Assembly: GCA_003235575.1 (NCBI GenBank) | Contig: QJVW01000069.1 | Span: 9,131 to 73,130 of the forward strand | Source: Candidatus Eiseniibacteriota bacterium | GTDB taxonomy: Bacteria; Eisenbacteria; RBG-16-71-46; SZUA-252 | Reading direction: 5' to 3' | Length of the DNA stretch: 64,000 nucleotides | Shown here: positions 28,862-38,063 of the stretch, piece after piece | Numbering within the stretch: the first letter of the stretch is position 1 | How the letters are laid out: the number at the start of each line of letters is the position of its first letter | Translations under genes and position numbers: made by a program | The notes under the pieces: generated by a model | Databases searched by the model: none | Told to the model about the DNA's origin: nothing | What the model saw: only the letters and a program-made list of their open reading frames with translations

Positions 28862-30160
28862 ATGATCGAACCGAATCCCGCCACGGCAGCCGCCGTGGCC
28901 GAACCGAAGCAGAGACCGGGCGAGGCCCATGAAGTACTGGAGGTGGCGTTCAAGGCGCGCCGCCGCGAGTACTACGCCAACCCCAAGGAGATCCCGATCC
29001 GCACGGGCGATTGGATCATCGTCCAGGCCGACCGCGGGGAGGATCTCGGCCGGGTTCACCACACCCATGAGTGGGTGAAGCGCGACCACCTTCCGGGAAA
29101 CCTGCGCACGGTGATCCGCCCCGCACGGCCCGACGATCTGGAGCGCCTGGAGCAGAACCGCTCCAAGGAAGAGCGCGCCTTCCGGACGTGCAAGGAGCGC
29201 GTCGAGCACCGGGAAGTGGAGATGAAGGTCGTCGACTGCGAGTATCAGTTCGACGGCAACCGCATCACCTTCTTCTTCACCGCGGAGAAGCGAATCGACT
29301 TCCGCGACCTGGTCAAGGATCTCGCCTCGATCTTTCGCACCCGCATCGAGCTGCGTCAGATCGGCGTGCGCGACGAGTCGGGCCGGATCGGAGGAATGGG
29401 CACCTGCGGGCGCGAGCTCTGCTGCGCCACCTGGCTCCGCGAATTCGAGCCGATCACGCTGAAGATGGCCAAGGACCAGGGGCTTTCCCCCAGTCCCTCC
29501 AAGATCTCGGGCGCGTGCGGCAGGCTGAAGTGCTGCCTGCGCTACGAACTCGATTTCTACAAGGAGTCCGCCCGCGAGTTTCCAAAGGTCGGAAGCCGCG
29601 TGGATCTGCAGGGCGTGACGTGGGAGGTGGGGCGCGTCGACATCTTCAACCGCAGGCTGAAACTCTACGACGGCGCCGGAAAGGAGAGCGAAATCGCTCT
29701 CGAGGAAATTCCCTCCGGGACGAAGCTCGTCGGACCGACGCGTGATCGTCGAAAGGGTTGCGACAAGAAGGGCTGCGGTTCGCGCGGGGCGAAGCCCGGC
29801 GACGGGGGCGGACACGACCACCCGACCGACAAGCCCGAGCAACCGGGTCGCACCGGCCGTCGCGACCCGTCGGGCCGGTCGCACCGAGGGGGCCGGGCGA
29901 AGAGCGCGCCGCCGGCTCCGGCCCCGCCCACCGGCAGCGGTTCCGCCCCCGGCGCCTCTGGCGCCCCGGGCGCCCCGGGCACGCCGGCTCCCGGCGAGAA
30001 TCCGCCGCAGGGAGGTATCGTGCGTCGTCCGCTCGACGGACCGGGGCGTGGCCGCCGCCGCCGCCGCGGCCGTCGGGATCGCGGGGGGGGAGCCTCCGGC
30101 TCCGGAACGTCGTCCAATGGACCGAAAGGCGGGCCGTCGGGCCCGGCACAGGGATCATGA
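28862..30160 (+). CDS. ricT: PSP1-domain protein RicT/YaaT with long disordered C-terminal tail
   Basis: RIDFRDLVKDLA, RIELRQIGVRDE, CGRELCC, SGACGRLKCCLRYE; holB-ricT-metG synteny. Confidence 0.88.
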   Translation: MIEPNPATAAAVAEPKQRPGEAHEVLEVAFKARRREYYANPKEIPIRTGDWIIVQADRGEDLGRVHHTHEWVKRDHLPGNLRTVIRPARPDDLERLEQNRSKEERAFRTCKERVEHREVEMKVVDCEYQFDGNRITFFFTAEKRIDFRDLVKDLASIFRTRIELRQIGVRDESGRIGGMGTCGRELCCATWLREFEPITLKMAKDQGLSPSPSKISGACGRLKCCLRYELDFYKESAREFPKVGSRVDLQGVTWEVGRVDIFNRRLKLYDGAGKESEIALEEIPSGTKLVGPTRDRRKGCDKKGCGSRGAKPGDGGGHDHPTDKPEQPGRTGRRDPSGRSHRGGRAKSAPPAPAPPTGSGSAPGASGAPGAPGTPAPGENPPQGGIVRRPLDGPGRGRRRRRGRRDRGGGASGSGTSSNGPKGGPSGPAQGS

Positions 30161-31701
30161 ACAAGTTCTACATCACCACCGCCATCGACTATGTGAACAG
30201 CGCGCCCCATATCGGGACGGCGTACGAGAAGATCGCAGCCGATGCGATCGCCCGGTACAAGCGCTTGGCGGGGTTCGACACGCGATTCCTCATGGGGAAC
30301 GACGAGCACTCCATCAACGTCGAAAAGGCCGCGCGCGAGAAGGGTATGGATCCGCTCGCCTATTGCGATCAAATGGCCGAGGTCTTCCAGGGCGTGTGGA
30401 AGCGTCTCGACATTTCCTACGACGATTTCATTCGCACTACCGAGCCGCGGCATCATCGCGCGGTGCAGGAGCTTCTTCGGCGCATCGTCGCGCGCGGGGA
30501 CATCTTCCGGGGCAAGTACGAGGGGTATTACTGCGTCGGGTGCGAACGCTTCTATCCCGAGAAGGACCTCGTCGACGGCAAGTGTCCGGACCACAAGACG
30601 GAGCCGCAGTGGGTGAGCGAGGAGAACTGGTTCTTCAAGCTCTCGGCGTACGGCCCGCGCCTTCTCGCCTTCTACAAGGAGCACCCCGACTTCTTGATCC
30701 CCGCCATCCGCCGGAACGAAATCGTGAACGTGATCGAGGGCGGACTGGAGGACATCTCCGTTTCCCGCGCCTCGACCTGGGGCATTCCGTTTCCGGACGA
30801 CCCGGCGCAGCGCGTCTACGTCTGGTTCGACGCGCTCATCAACTACATCTCGGGGGTCGATTTCCCCTCCGAGGATGGGCGCTGGCGATACTGGCCGGCC
30901 GACCTTCACGTCATCGGGAAGGACATCACCCGCTTTCACTGCATCATCTGGCCCGCCATGCTGATGAGCGCCGGCGTGCCCCTGCCGAAGGCGGTGCTGG
31001 GACACGGCTGGGTGCATTTCCAGGGGGAGAAGCTCTCCAAGTCGCTGGGCAACATCGTGAACCCGCTCGACATCGCCGAGAAGTGGGGCTCCGACTCCCT
31101 TCGCTACTACCTCTTGAAGGAGGTGCCGCTCTCGCGCGACGGCGACTTCACATGGCAGCTCTTCATCGAGCGGTACAACTCGGATTTGGCCAACGACTGG
31201 GGCAATCTGTTCACCCGAACGGTGTCGATGGTGCACCGGTACCGGGCGGGGCTGCTGGCGTCCCGCGAGGCGGGCGCGGAACTGAAGGCGCTGATCGTGG
31301 CCGCGCTTCGCGACTACCGCGAGGGGATGGACCGCTACGCCATCGAGGACGGCATCGAAGCGGCCTGGACGATCATCCGCCGCGCGAATCAGATGGTCGA
31401 AGAGGGCGCGCCCTGGAAGTTGGCCAAGGATCCCGCGAAGGCGGCCGAACTCGACGCACTCCTGGGAGAACTCGTCGTGGCGCTGCAGCACACCGCCCTT
31501 CTACTCTTCCCGGTGATGCCGGCCAAGGCCCGCCTGGTCTGGGAGACGCTGCGGCTGACGCCAGCGATCGAAGAGGCGCGCTTCCCCGCGGAAGGCTCGC
31601 TCCTGCCGCCGCCCCCCGGGGACACCCCGCTGGGCGAATCGAAGCCGCTATTTCCCCGCATCGACAAGGCGCCGACGGAGAGTCCGGCACGCACGGCATG
31701 A
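30157..31701 (+). CDS. metG: Methionine--tRNA ligase (short form, no C-terminal Trbp domain)
   Basis: FYITTAIDYVN.APHIG, GNDEH, YVWFDAL, IGKDI.RFH, KLSKSLGN; ATGA overlap. Confidence 0.97.
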   Translation: MNKFYITTAIDYVNSAPHIGTAYEKIAADAIARYKRLAGFDTRFLMGNDEHSINVEKAAREKGMDPLAYCDQMAEVFQGVWKRLDISYDDFIRTTEPRHHRAVQELLRRIVARGDIFRGKYEGYYCVGCERFYPEKDLVDGKCPDHKTEPQWVSEENWFFKLSAYGPRLLAFYKEHPDFLIPAIRRNEIVNVIEGGLEDISVSRASTWGIPFPDDPAQRVYVWFDALINYISGVDFPSEDGRWRYWPADLHVIGKDITRFHCIIWPAMLMSAGVPLPKAVLGHGWVHFQGEKLSKSLGNIVNPLDIAEKWGSDSLRYYLLKEVPLSRDGDFTWQLFIERYNSDLANDWGNLFTRTVSMVHRYRAGLLASREAGAELKALIVAALRDYREGMDRYAIEDGIEAAWTIIRRANQMVEEGAPWKLAKDPAKAAELDALLGELVVALQHTALLLFPVMPAKARLVWETLRLTPAIEEARFPAEGSLLPPPPGDTPLGESKPLFPRIDKAPTESPARTA

Positions 31702-32459
31702 TCGACTCCCACGCCCACGTCGGACGCGACGAATTCGATACGGACCGCGATGCCGTGCTGGCGCGCGCGCGCGACGCGGGCGTGCGCTGGATCGTGGAGG
31801 CGGCCACCGACGCGGCCTCGGCGAAGGCGACGGTGGCGCTTGCCCGCCGGTCGCCGGGCGTGCGGGCCGCCGTGGGCATGCACCCGTGCGACGTGCGCGA
31901 GGACCGCGCCGCCGAGCTGGACGAGATCGAAACACTGGCGGAGGAGCGCGAGGTCGTGGCGGTCGGGGAGACCGGGCTCGACGGGCACTGGCCGGAAAAC
32001 GCGCCGATGCCGGTTCAGGAGGCGTTCCTTCGGCGGCACATCGCCCTCGCCAAGAAAGTCGGGAAGCCGCTGGTCCTCCACCACCGGAAGACGGGCGAGC
32101 GCGTGGCCGAGATCCTGGAGCAGGAGGGGCCGCCCGCGGCGGGCGGGTCGTTCCATTGCTTCGCGGGGGATCTGGCCCTGGCACGCCGCGTGGTCGCCAT
32201 GGGGTTCAAGATCGGCGTCGGCGGCTCGTCGACCTTCAAGAAGAGCGACATCCCGGAACTGGTCCGGATGATCGGCCTCCAGCACGTCCTTCTCGAGACC
32301 GACAGCCCCTACCTGGCTCCGGTGCCCCACCGCGGCAAGCGGAACGAACCGGCCTACCTGGCGCTGGTGCGCGACCACCTGGCGGCGGCGCTGGACATGA
32401 CGCCGGCCGCCGTGGAGGAGGCGACGGATGCTTCGGCCCGAGCGCTCTTTCGCCTCTAG
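31698..32459 (+). CDS. tatD: TatD-family hydrolase
   Basis: MIDSHAH, GMHP, VGETGLD, HCF, LETDSPYLAPVPHRGKRNEP. Confidence 0.95.
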   Translation: MIDSHAHVGRDEFDTDRDAVLARARDAGVRWIVEAATDAASAKATVALARRSPGVRAAVGMHPCDVREDRAAELDEIETLAEEREVVAVGETGLDGHWPENAPMPVQEAFLRRHIALAKKVGKPLVLHHRKTGERVAEILEQEGPPAAGGSFHCFAGDLALARRVVAMGFKIGVGGSSTFKKSDIPELVRMIGLQHVLLETDSPYLAPVPHRGKRNEPAYLALVRDHLAAALDMTPAAVEEATDASARALFRL

Positions 32460-33372
32460 GGAGGCGGCCGCCCCGAAGGGTGGGAAGGCCGCGCCGAAAA
32501 CTCCCGGCGCGGAAGATTCCGCCCCCACGCACGCGACGAGCGGCGTCGTGGCGTCGCTCCGGTCCCTGGATGTTCGGCCGAGCCGTCGGTTGGGCCAGAA
32601 CTTTCTCACCGACCCGCGCGTCGCCGAGCGGATCGCGGCCGTGGCGTTGGGCGCCGGCGCGACCGGTCCGATCGTCGAGATCGGCCCGGGCCTGGGCGCG
32701 CTGACCGAGCGGCTGGCGGCGAGCGGCCGCCCGCTGACCGCGGTGGAACTCGACCTCCGCCTCGCCGAACACGTCGAATCGCTGCTCCGCCCCTGGCCCC
32801 AGGCACGCGTCGTCCGCGGCGACATCCTGGACCAGCGCCTGGCCTTGCTCGCCCCCGGCGACGATCCCGTGACCATCGTCGCGAACCTCCCCTACGCGAT
32901 CACGAGTCCCGCGATCGAGTGGATCCTGCAGCAGGGGCCGCGCGTGAAGCGGGCGGTGCTCATGATCCAGCGGGAGGTGGCGCAGCGTCTGACCGCGAAG
33001 CCGGGCACGAAGGAGTACGGCAGCTTCTCCGTGTTCGTAGCGCTGCACGGCGAAATCGAGATCGCATTCCGCGTGTCGCCGGGGGCGTTCCATCCCCGGC
33101 CCGACATCGACTCGGTGGTCTTCACGCTCACGCCGCGCCCCTATCCGGGGACGGACGCCGAGGAGCGCGTCGCGGTCGGGCGCCTGGTTCGCGCGGCGAC
33201 CGGTGGGCGGAGGAAGACGCTGGCGAACGCGCTGTCGAAGGGACTGGCGGTCACCGCGAACGAAGCCCGCGCCCTTCTCGCGAGCGCGGGGATCGACGCC
33301 GGCCGGCGCGCCGAAACGCTGAACGTGGACGAATGGTTGCGGATCGCGCGGGCGGAGGGGGCGCGGGGGTGA
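32428..33372 (+). CDS. rsmA: 16S rRNA dimethyltransferase RsmA/KsgA
   Basis: LGQNFL, EIGPGLGALT, ANLPYAIT, MIQREVA, RRAETL; true start may be downstream. Confidence 0.95.
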   Translation: MLRPERSFASREAAAPKGGKAAPKTPGAEDSAPTHATSGVVASLRSLDVRPSRRLGQNFLTDPRVAERIAAVALGAGATGPIVEIGPGLGALTERLAASGRPLTAVELDLRLAEHVESLLRPWPQARVVRGDILDQRLALLAPGDDPVTIVANLPYAITSPAIEWILQQGPRVKRAVLMIQREVAQRLTAKPGTKEYGSFSVFVALHGEIEIAFRVSPGAFHPRPDIDSVVFTLTPRPYPGTDAEERVAVGRLVRAATGGRRKTLANALSKGLAVTANEARALLASAGIDAGRRAETLNVDEWLRIARAEGARG

Positions 33373-35417
33373 GGCGGAGGGGCGTTCCCGTCCCCGCGGC
33401 TCGAGCCATGCTCGCCGCGCTAGCGGTCGTAGCCGCCTGTCTTCTCGTCGCGGCGCCGCGGACATCGGTCGCCCAGGAGTCGGATCCGTACGCGGGGGTC
33501 GTCGAGGACAGCGTCTTCCAGGTGACCCCGCGATCGCCGATTTCCTATTCCTCCTACTACTCCCGTGACCAGGCTCGAGCGGCGTGGACGCAGAGCATCG
33601 ACTACAACCGGACCGTGGGGAAGTTCGCGCTGGGGCTCAACGGCGGCACGTCCACGGCGGAGGACCTGCTCGGCATCGCCTCCACGAACACGTCCGGGGA
33701 TCTTGCCGGCCGCATCAATTGGCGCGCCGCCCCCGCATGGGTCCTTACCCTCGATGGCCGGTTTTCGATGAACTCGATCTCCGACGGGTCGCGGGGAAGC
33801 GGCTCGGAACAGCGGCGAAACCGCCTGGCGCTCAAGACCCAATACTCCGCCAAACCGATCGAGTCGGCGCGACTCGTCGTGCTCGGGTCGAGCGAATTCC
33901 AGCAAAACTATGATCTCCGGTTTGGCGAAGGATCGGCGGCCGCGGCGGATTCGATGCCCTCCGGCACGCGCGTCGCGTCGCGTGACTCCTCCTATTTCTC
34001 CGGGCGCCTCGATGCGATTCGAGGCCAGTTGGATTGGAAATTGCGCAGCGACGTCACCTTCAAGGGCGTCGCGTCGGGGAGCCGCATCCGTCCGACGACC
34101 AACGTAGAGGCGTCCAGGTACTTCGTGCCGGGGGATGGCTCATCCCCGGTGGATCGCGTGAACACGCTGTCGATTCGCCAATCCGCGGACAACGGGCTGC
34201 TCGACGGCACCGTGACCTACACGGGCCTGCGCGCCACGACGTTCGAGCTTCGCTCCGTCCGCGACGGCATCGACCAAGTCTATTTCGACCTGGGCCAGTT
34301 GCAGGTGGAACAGTACTCCAACGACTCGCGGCGGCATGCCTTCCGCATCCAGAGCGGAGCTCTGATTCCCGTGACGGTGAACCTGAATGCGGTGCTGAAT
34401 CGATCCCTTCGCCTCTATGCGGCACGACCGAATCTCAACGCGCTGATCACCACGCGCGAGATCGGGGGAGGGGTCGGATACATGACCAGAGAAACGAGGG
34501 TGTCCACGAACTTCACCGTGAACCGAACGCGAGCCGAACAGCAGGCTGCTTCGAACGGGCTTACGATCAGTCGCCTGATTTCCGCGAACGTAACGCAGCA
34601 CGTCGCGGGACAGCTCTATCTCGTGGGTCTGGGCAGCGCCTCGCTCTTCTCCTACCAGTACTTGGTTCCACCCGGCTCGAATCGGACGTTCAGCGCGGAC
34701 GACCGGGACATCGCGAGCGCGTTCGCCAGCGTCGGATTTCGATTCGGGATCACGCCGCGCTGCAGCACGTCGGCGAATTTCTCCGTCAATCGCTCCCACA
34801 ATGTCTCCATCGACGAGACGCGTTCGACCGGGAACATCGCGACGACCGTATACCAGATCAACGGCGGGATCCGGTTGCCGTTGACGCGCGACGTCACCAT
34901 CGGGCAGACCTACGTGTTGAGCGCCAACTACCGCCTCTTCGACTACGATGAATTGCGCAACGATCTCACGCGGAACTTCCGCATTGAGACGACCGTCGCG
35001 GACACACTGTCCCGATTCGCCTATCTCCGCCTCGATCACCGCTACTATTTCTTCGACCGGGGAGACTACACGCCGATCACACCTGGAGGTCCGGTCGGCT
35101 ACGGCGTCTCGCAAGAGCAATTCCAGCAGATTCTCGAGGGCACCGTGGGGATCCGGCCGATCCCGGGCCTGCTGCTCCTGGCGAAACAGAGCCTCGCCGA
35201 CACCCGGAACCACGATATCCTCACGGATGCGCGAACGACGACCCAGCAGTGGAATTTGAATCTCGGCCTTGAGGTGAACCGTTCGTTCTGGGGCGGAGCG
35301 GGGTTGATCGGGTCGGTACGGCACGAAAGCAGGTACCAAAACCTTTCGACCATGACCGAATCGGACAACAAGGAGGACCATTGGATCGCCGGCATCACGT
35401 TCCAAAAGGACTTCTAG
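33369..35417 (+). CDS. Hypothetical outer-membrane beta-barrel protein (about 680 aa)
   Basis: Signal peptide, alternating aromatic/polar beta-strand pattern throughout, C-terminal ..WIAGITFQKDF beta-signal; GTGA overlap with rsmA. Confidence 0.7.
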   Translation: MRRRGVPVPAARAMLAALAVVAACLLVAAPRTSVAQESDPYAGVVEDSVFQVTPRSPISYSSYYSRDQARAAWTQSIDYNRTVGKFALGLNGGTSTAEDLLGIASTNTSGDLAGRINWRAAPAWVLTLDGRFSMNSISDGSRGSGSEQRRNRLALKTQYSAKPIESARLVVLGSSEFQQNYDLRFGEGSAAAADSMPSGTRVASRDSSYFSGRLDAIRGQLDWKLRSDVTFKGVASGSRIRPTTNVEASRYFVPGDGSSPVDRVNTLSIRQSADNGLLDGTVTYTGLRATTFELRSVRDGIDQVYFDLGQLQVEQYSNDSRRHAFRIQSGALIPVTVNLNAVLNRSLRLYAARPNLNALITTREIGGGVGYMTRETRVSTNFTVNRTRAEQQAASNGLTISRLISANVTQHVAGQLYLVGLGSASLFSYQYLVPPGSNRTFSADDRDIASAFASVGFRFGITPRCSTSANFSVNRSHNVSIDETRSTGNIATTVYQINGGIRLPLTRDVTIGQTYVLSANYRLFDYDELRNDLTRNFRIETTVADTLSRFAYLRLDHRYYFFDRGDYTPITPGGPVGYGVSQEQFQQILEGTVGIRPIPGLLLLAKQSLADTRNHDILTDARTTTQQWNLNLGLEVNRSFWGGAGLIGSVRHESRYQNLSTMTESDNKEDHWIAGITFQKDF

Positions 35418-35992
35418 TCGGCCTTGCGGCGGGGGCGCTCTGCCTCATGGCGCTGGGGGGTGTCGGGTGCGGGCTGTTCGAAACGCGGAGCCCGATGGAT
35501 CCCGGCGCGAACACCTTCCCCTGCGCGTCCTTGGACGCTCCGGACAACGTGTTCGCGAACCTTCGGAAATCGTTCGGCCAGGGAGCCGGGCTGGGCTGTT
35601 ACACGTCCGTGTTCGACCCATCGTTCGTCTTCCACGGTGATCCGACCGACGTCTCCGAAGCGCCGGCGGGGACATTCGACAACTGGGACAAGAGCGTCGA
35701 AGACCAAGTCAGCCTAGCCGTCGCCAACGACGCCAGCGACGTGGCGGTCACCTACAAGGGATCCCCGGAAATCGTCACGCAGGATATCGACCTGGAGATC
35801 AGGCGCTACACCTACGAAATCGCTTACGCAGGATCGGCGATTCCCGATACCCTGTTCCAAGGAATCGCGGAGTTGACGATTCGCAGGTCGACGTCCGGCC
35901 TATGGCAGATTACGGAGTGGTTCGATCTCCGCGACCCCGCGGGAACCACCACACGGACTTGGGGGTACCTACGTTCGTCCTACCGCATTTAG
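35381..35992 (+). CDS. Hypothetical lipoprotein, NTF2/SnoaL-like fold predicted
   Basis: Lipobox GVG-C; helix then beta strands ending WQITEWFD; start uncertain (TTG 35381). Confidence 0.7.
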   Translation: MDRRHHVPKGLLVGLAAGALCLMALGGVGCGLFETRSPMDPGANTFPCASLDAPDNVFANLRKSFGQGAGLGCYTSVFDPSFVFHGDPTDVSEAPAGTFDNWDKSVEDQVSLAVANDASDVAVTYKGSPEIVTQDIDLEIRRYTYEIAYAGSAIPDTLFQGIAELTIRRSTSGLWQITEWFDLRDPAGTTTRTWGYLRSSYRI

Positions 35993-36012
35993 CGCCCGCC
36001 ACGGACGGCGCC

Positions 36013-36041
36013 TTGATCCCGGTCGCCGATAGAGGTATAAT
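36013..36041 (+). promoter_or_regulatory. sigma70 promoter, probably giving a leaderless mRNA
   Basis: TTGATC-N17-TATAAT, ATG only 5 nt after the -10 box. Confidence 0.7.
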
Positions 36042-36046
36042 CACTT

Positions 36047-36604
36047 ATGGTCATTCAAGTTAGAAACGCCGCGATCCTCTCGATCCTCGCCATCGGAGTG
36101 CTCAGCGGGTGCCTGTTCAGCCCCGAAAAGAAGGCCCCGATCAGCACGCCCCCGCCCGAGTACCCGGCGCCGAGGAACGTCAACCAGGCTCTTCTCAACA
36201 TGATTGCGGCCTACGAAGCGCGCGACTCCGTGGGCACCGAGGCCATCTACGACGTCAATTACCAGGGGTCGTCGGTCGACTTGGCGGATCCCAGGCCCAC
36301 GATCACCCTGAGCCAGATCGACGAACGGCATCACGTCGCGGTCCTGAAGCTCGATCCGAATATCGTGAGCGTCACGCTGAATTTCGGCCCTCAATCGTCA
36401 TGGATCCCTATCCCCCCGAACGTGGGCGAGGAAGACTGGAAGGTGCTGCAGATCAACTCGGCGAATATCGAGATCCGCGACGCGAACACGGGAACCACCT
36501 TCCAATCCCAGAACAACAAGATGGTGTACACCTTCATTCCACACGTCTCGACGTCCGGCGATACGACCTGGGCGATCCGTCGCTGGGAAGAGATCCGAAC
36601 CTAG
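36047..36604 (+). CDS. Hypothetical lipoprotein, paralog-like to upstream lipoprotein
   Basis: Lipobox LSG-C; LLNMIAAYEARD helix; ends WAIRRWEE. Confidence 0.8.
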   Translation: MVIQVRNAAILSILAIGVLSGCLFSPEKKAPISTPPPEYPAPRNVNQALLNMIAAYEARDSVGTEAIYDVNYQGSSVDLADPRPTITLSQIDERHHVAVLKLDPNIVSVTLNFGPQSSWIPIPPNVGEEDWKVLQINSANIEIRDANTGTTFQSQNNKMVYTFIPHVSTSGDTTWAIRRWEEIRT

Positions 36605-36649
36605 CAGCGCGCAAGCCCTCTCCGCGACACCGCCTGGAAGATCGTCCGG

Positions 36650-36678
36650 TGGACCGAGGTCAGGAACTGACCTAGAAT
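36650..36678 (+). promoter_or_regulatory. Putative sigma70 promoter for deacetylase-pdxJ
   Basis: TGGACC-N17-TAGAAT. Confidence 0.5.
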
Positions 36679-36736
36679 CGGCCACTCGGTCCCGCGCGCC
36701 CGCGCGCCCGCGTTCACCCCCGAATTCGGCGAGGCC

Positions 36737-38032
36737 TTGGCCCGTACCCGTAAGAAGTCATCCCGTCGCGGCCGCGCACCCTCCAAGGGCGTGATCATCG
36801 GCCTCGCGGTGGTCCTCATCAGCGTTGTCGCCATCGTGGCGCGGAACCAACCGCGCATCCGGGACACCGCACCCCGCGATCAGGCCTCCTCCAGCGCGGC
36901 GGACAAGGCCGCGGCGGCCGATCCCGATTCGATGGGGCAGAGCCCGAACGCGATTCGCATCGAGTCCGACTGGGATCGCTTTCGGTTGCGCGTCGAATCC
37001 GAGTACCTGCGCCTCGTGCGCGCGGGCGACCCCGCCGCCATCAACCGTCTCACCAGCCGCACGCTGCGCGGGGCGTTGGAGGAGATCGGGATCACGCGGG
37101 ACCGGATCGACGAGCGTCCAGGCGCCGCCCGCGTCGCCGGCGCCGGCCGGGCGCCGGTTCGGTGGCGCATTCAAGTGTCGCCGCGTACCTCGCTCTATCG
37201 CATCAACGACGCCCTGACCCAGGCCATCCGCACCCTCGGGGGACACGTGATCCGGGGCGCCGAGCGCCCCGCGCGGCTCGCGGGGCACGCCCTCGATCTT
37301 CGCATTGGCTACGGGGGAAGGGTCACGCACGCGATCATCGTGGAGCCGGACGCGTCGATCTCGGATGTCGGCGCCCGCGTCGCGTTCATCGTGACCGACC
37401 TCGAGGACGCCGAACGCGATCTGTTCCAGGTGTTCCTGGAGAGCACGGTCCCGTTCACGGCCGCCGTTCGACCCGACCGCTCCGAGGGGCCGAAGGTCGC
37501 GCGACAATGGCGCGAGAGCGAGCGGGAAGTCTTCGTGCTTCTTCCCATGGAGCCGCGGGGATACCCCCAGAACGATCCCGGAAAGAACGCCATCCTGCTC
37601 GACCTCTCCCGGATCGAGATCGAGGACCGGGTGCAGCGCTGCCTCTCGGCGGCGGCACCGGTCGCGGGCGTCATGACCCGAATGGGCAGCGCCGCCCTGA
37701 ACGACCCCGACGTGATGAAGGCGGTGCTGGGCGAGATGCGCCGTCGCGGGCTACCCTTCCTGGACGCGCACGGCGCGGGCCCAAGCGTCGTGGAAGAAAT
37801 CGGCGAGATGATCGGCGCCCGTACGGCGGCGGTCGGCGGCAGGTTGGATGGGAAGTCGCCGGAGTCGTCCCGTTCGGAACTCCGGAAACTGATCGAAATG
37901 GCCGTGCAGCGCGGTGCGCTCTTGATCACCGTGCGCGCGAACGGGGTCGCGCTCCGCGCCATCGAGCGCGAACGCGAGGCATGGAAGGCGCGCGGCGTGG
38001 AGATCGTTCCCGCGTCGACGCTGATCCTTTGA
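36737..38032 (+). CDS. Divergent polysaccharide deacetylase (YibQ-like) membrane-anchored protein
   Basis: N-terminal TM; EVFVLLPMEP..YP..DPG, MGS, LPFLD, GVEIVPAS; metal-ligand positions look degenerate. Confidence 0.75.
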   Translation: MARTRKKSSRRGRAPSKGVIIGLAVVLISVVAIVARNQPRIRDTAPRDQASSSAADKAAAADPDSMGQSPNAIRIESDWDRFRLRVESEYLRLVRAGDPAAINRLTSRTLRGALEEIGITRDRIDERPGAARVAGAGRAPVRWRIQVSPRTSLYRINDALTQAIRTLGGHVIRGAERPARLAGHALDLRIGYGGRVTHAIIVEPDASISDVGARVAFIVTDLEDAERDLFQVFLESTVPFTAAVRPDRSEGPKVARQWRESEREVFVLLPMEPRGYPQNDPGKNAILLDLSRIEIEDRVQRCLSAAAPVAGVMTRMGSAALNDPDVMKAVLGEMRRRGLPFLDAHGAGPSVVEEIGEMIGARTAAVGGRLDGKSPESSRSELRKLIEMAVQRGALLITVRANGVALRAIEREREAWKARGVEIVPASTLIL

Positions 38033-38063
38033 CGCCCGGATCACGTCCGGGAGAGGCGAAACG

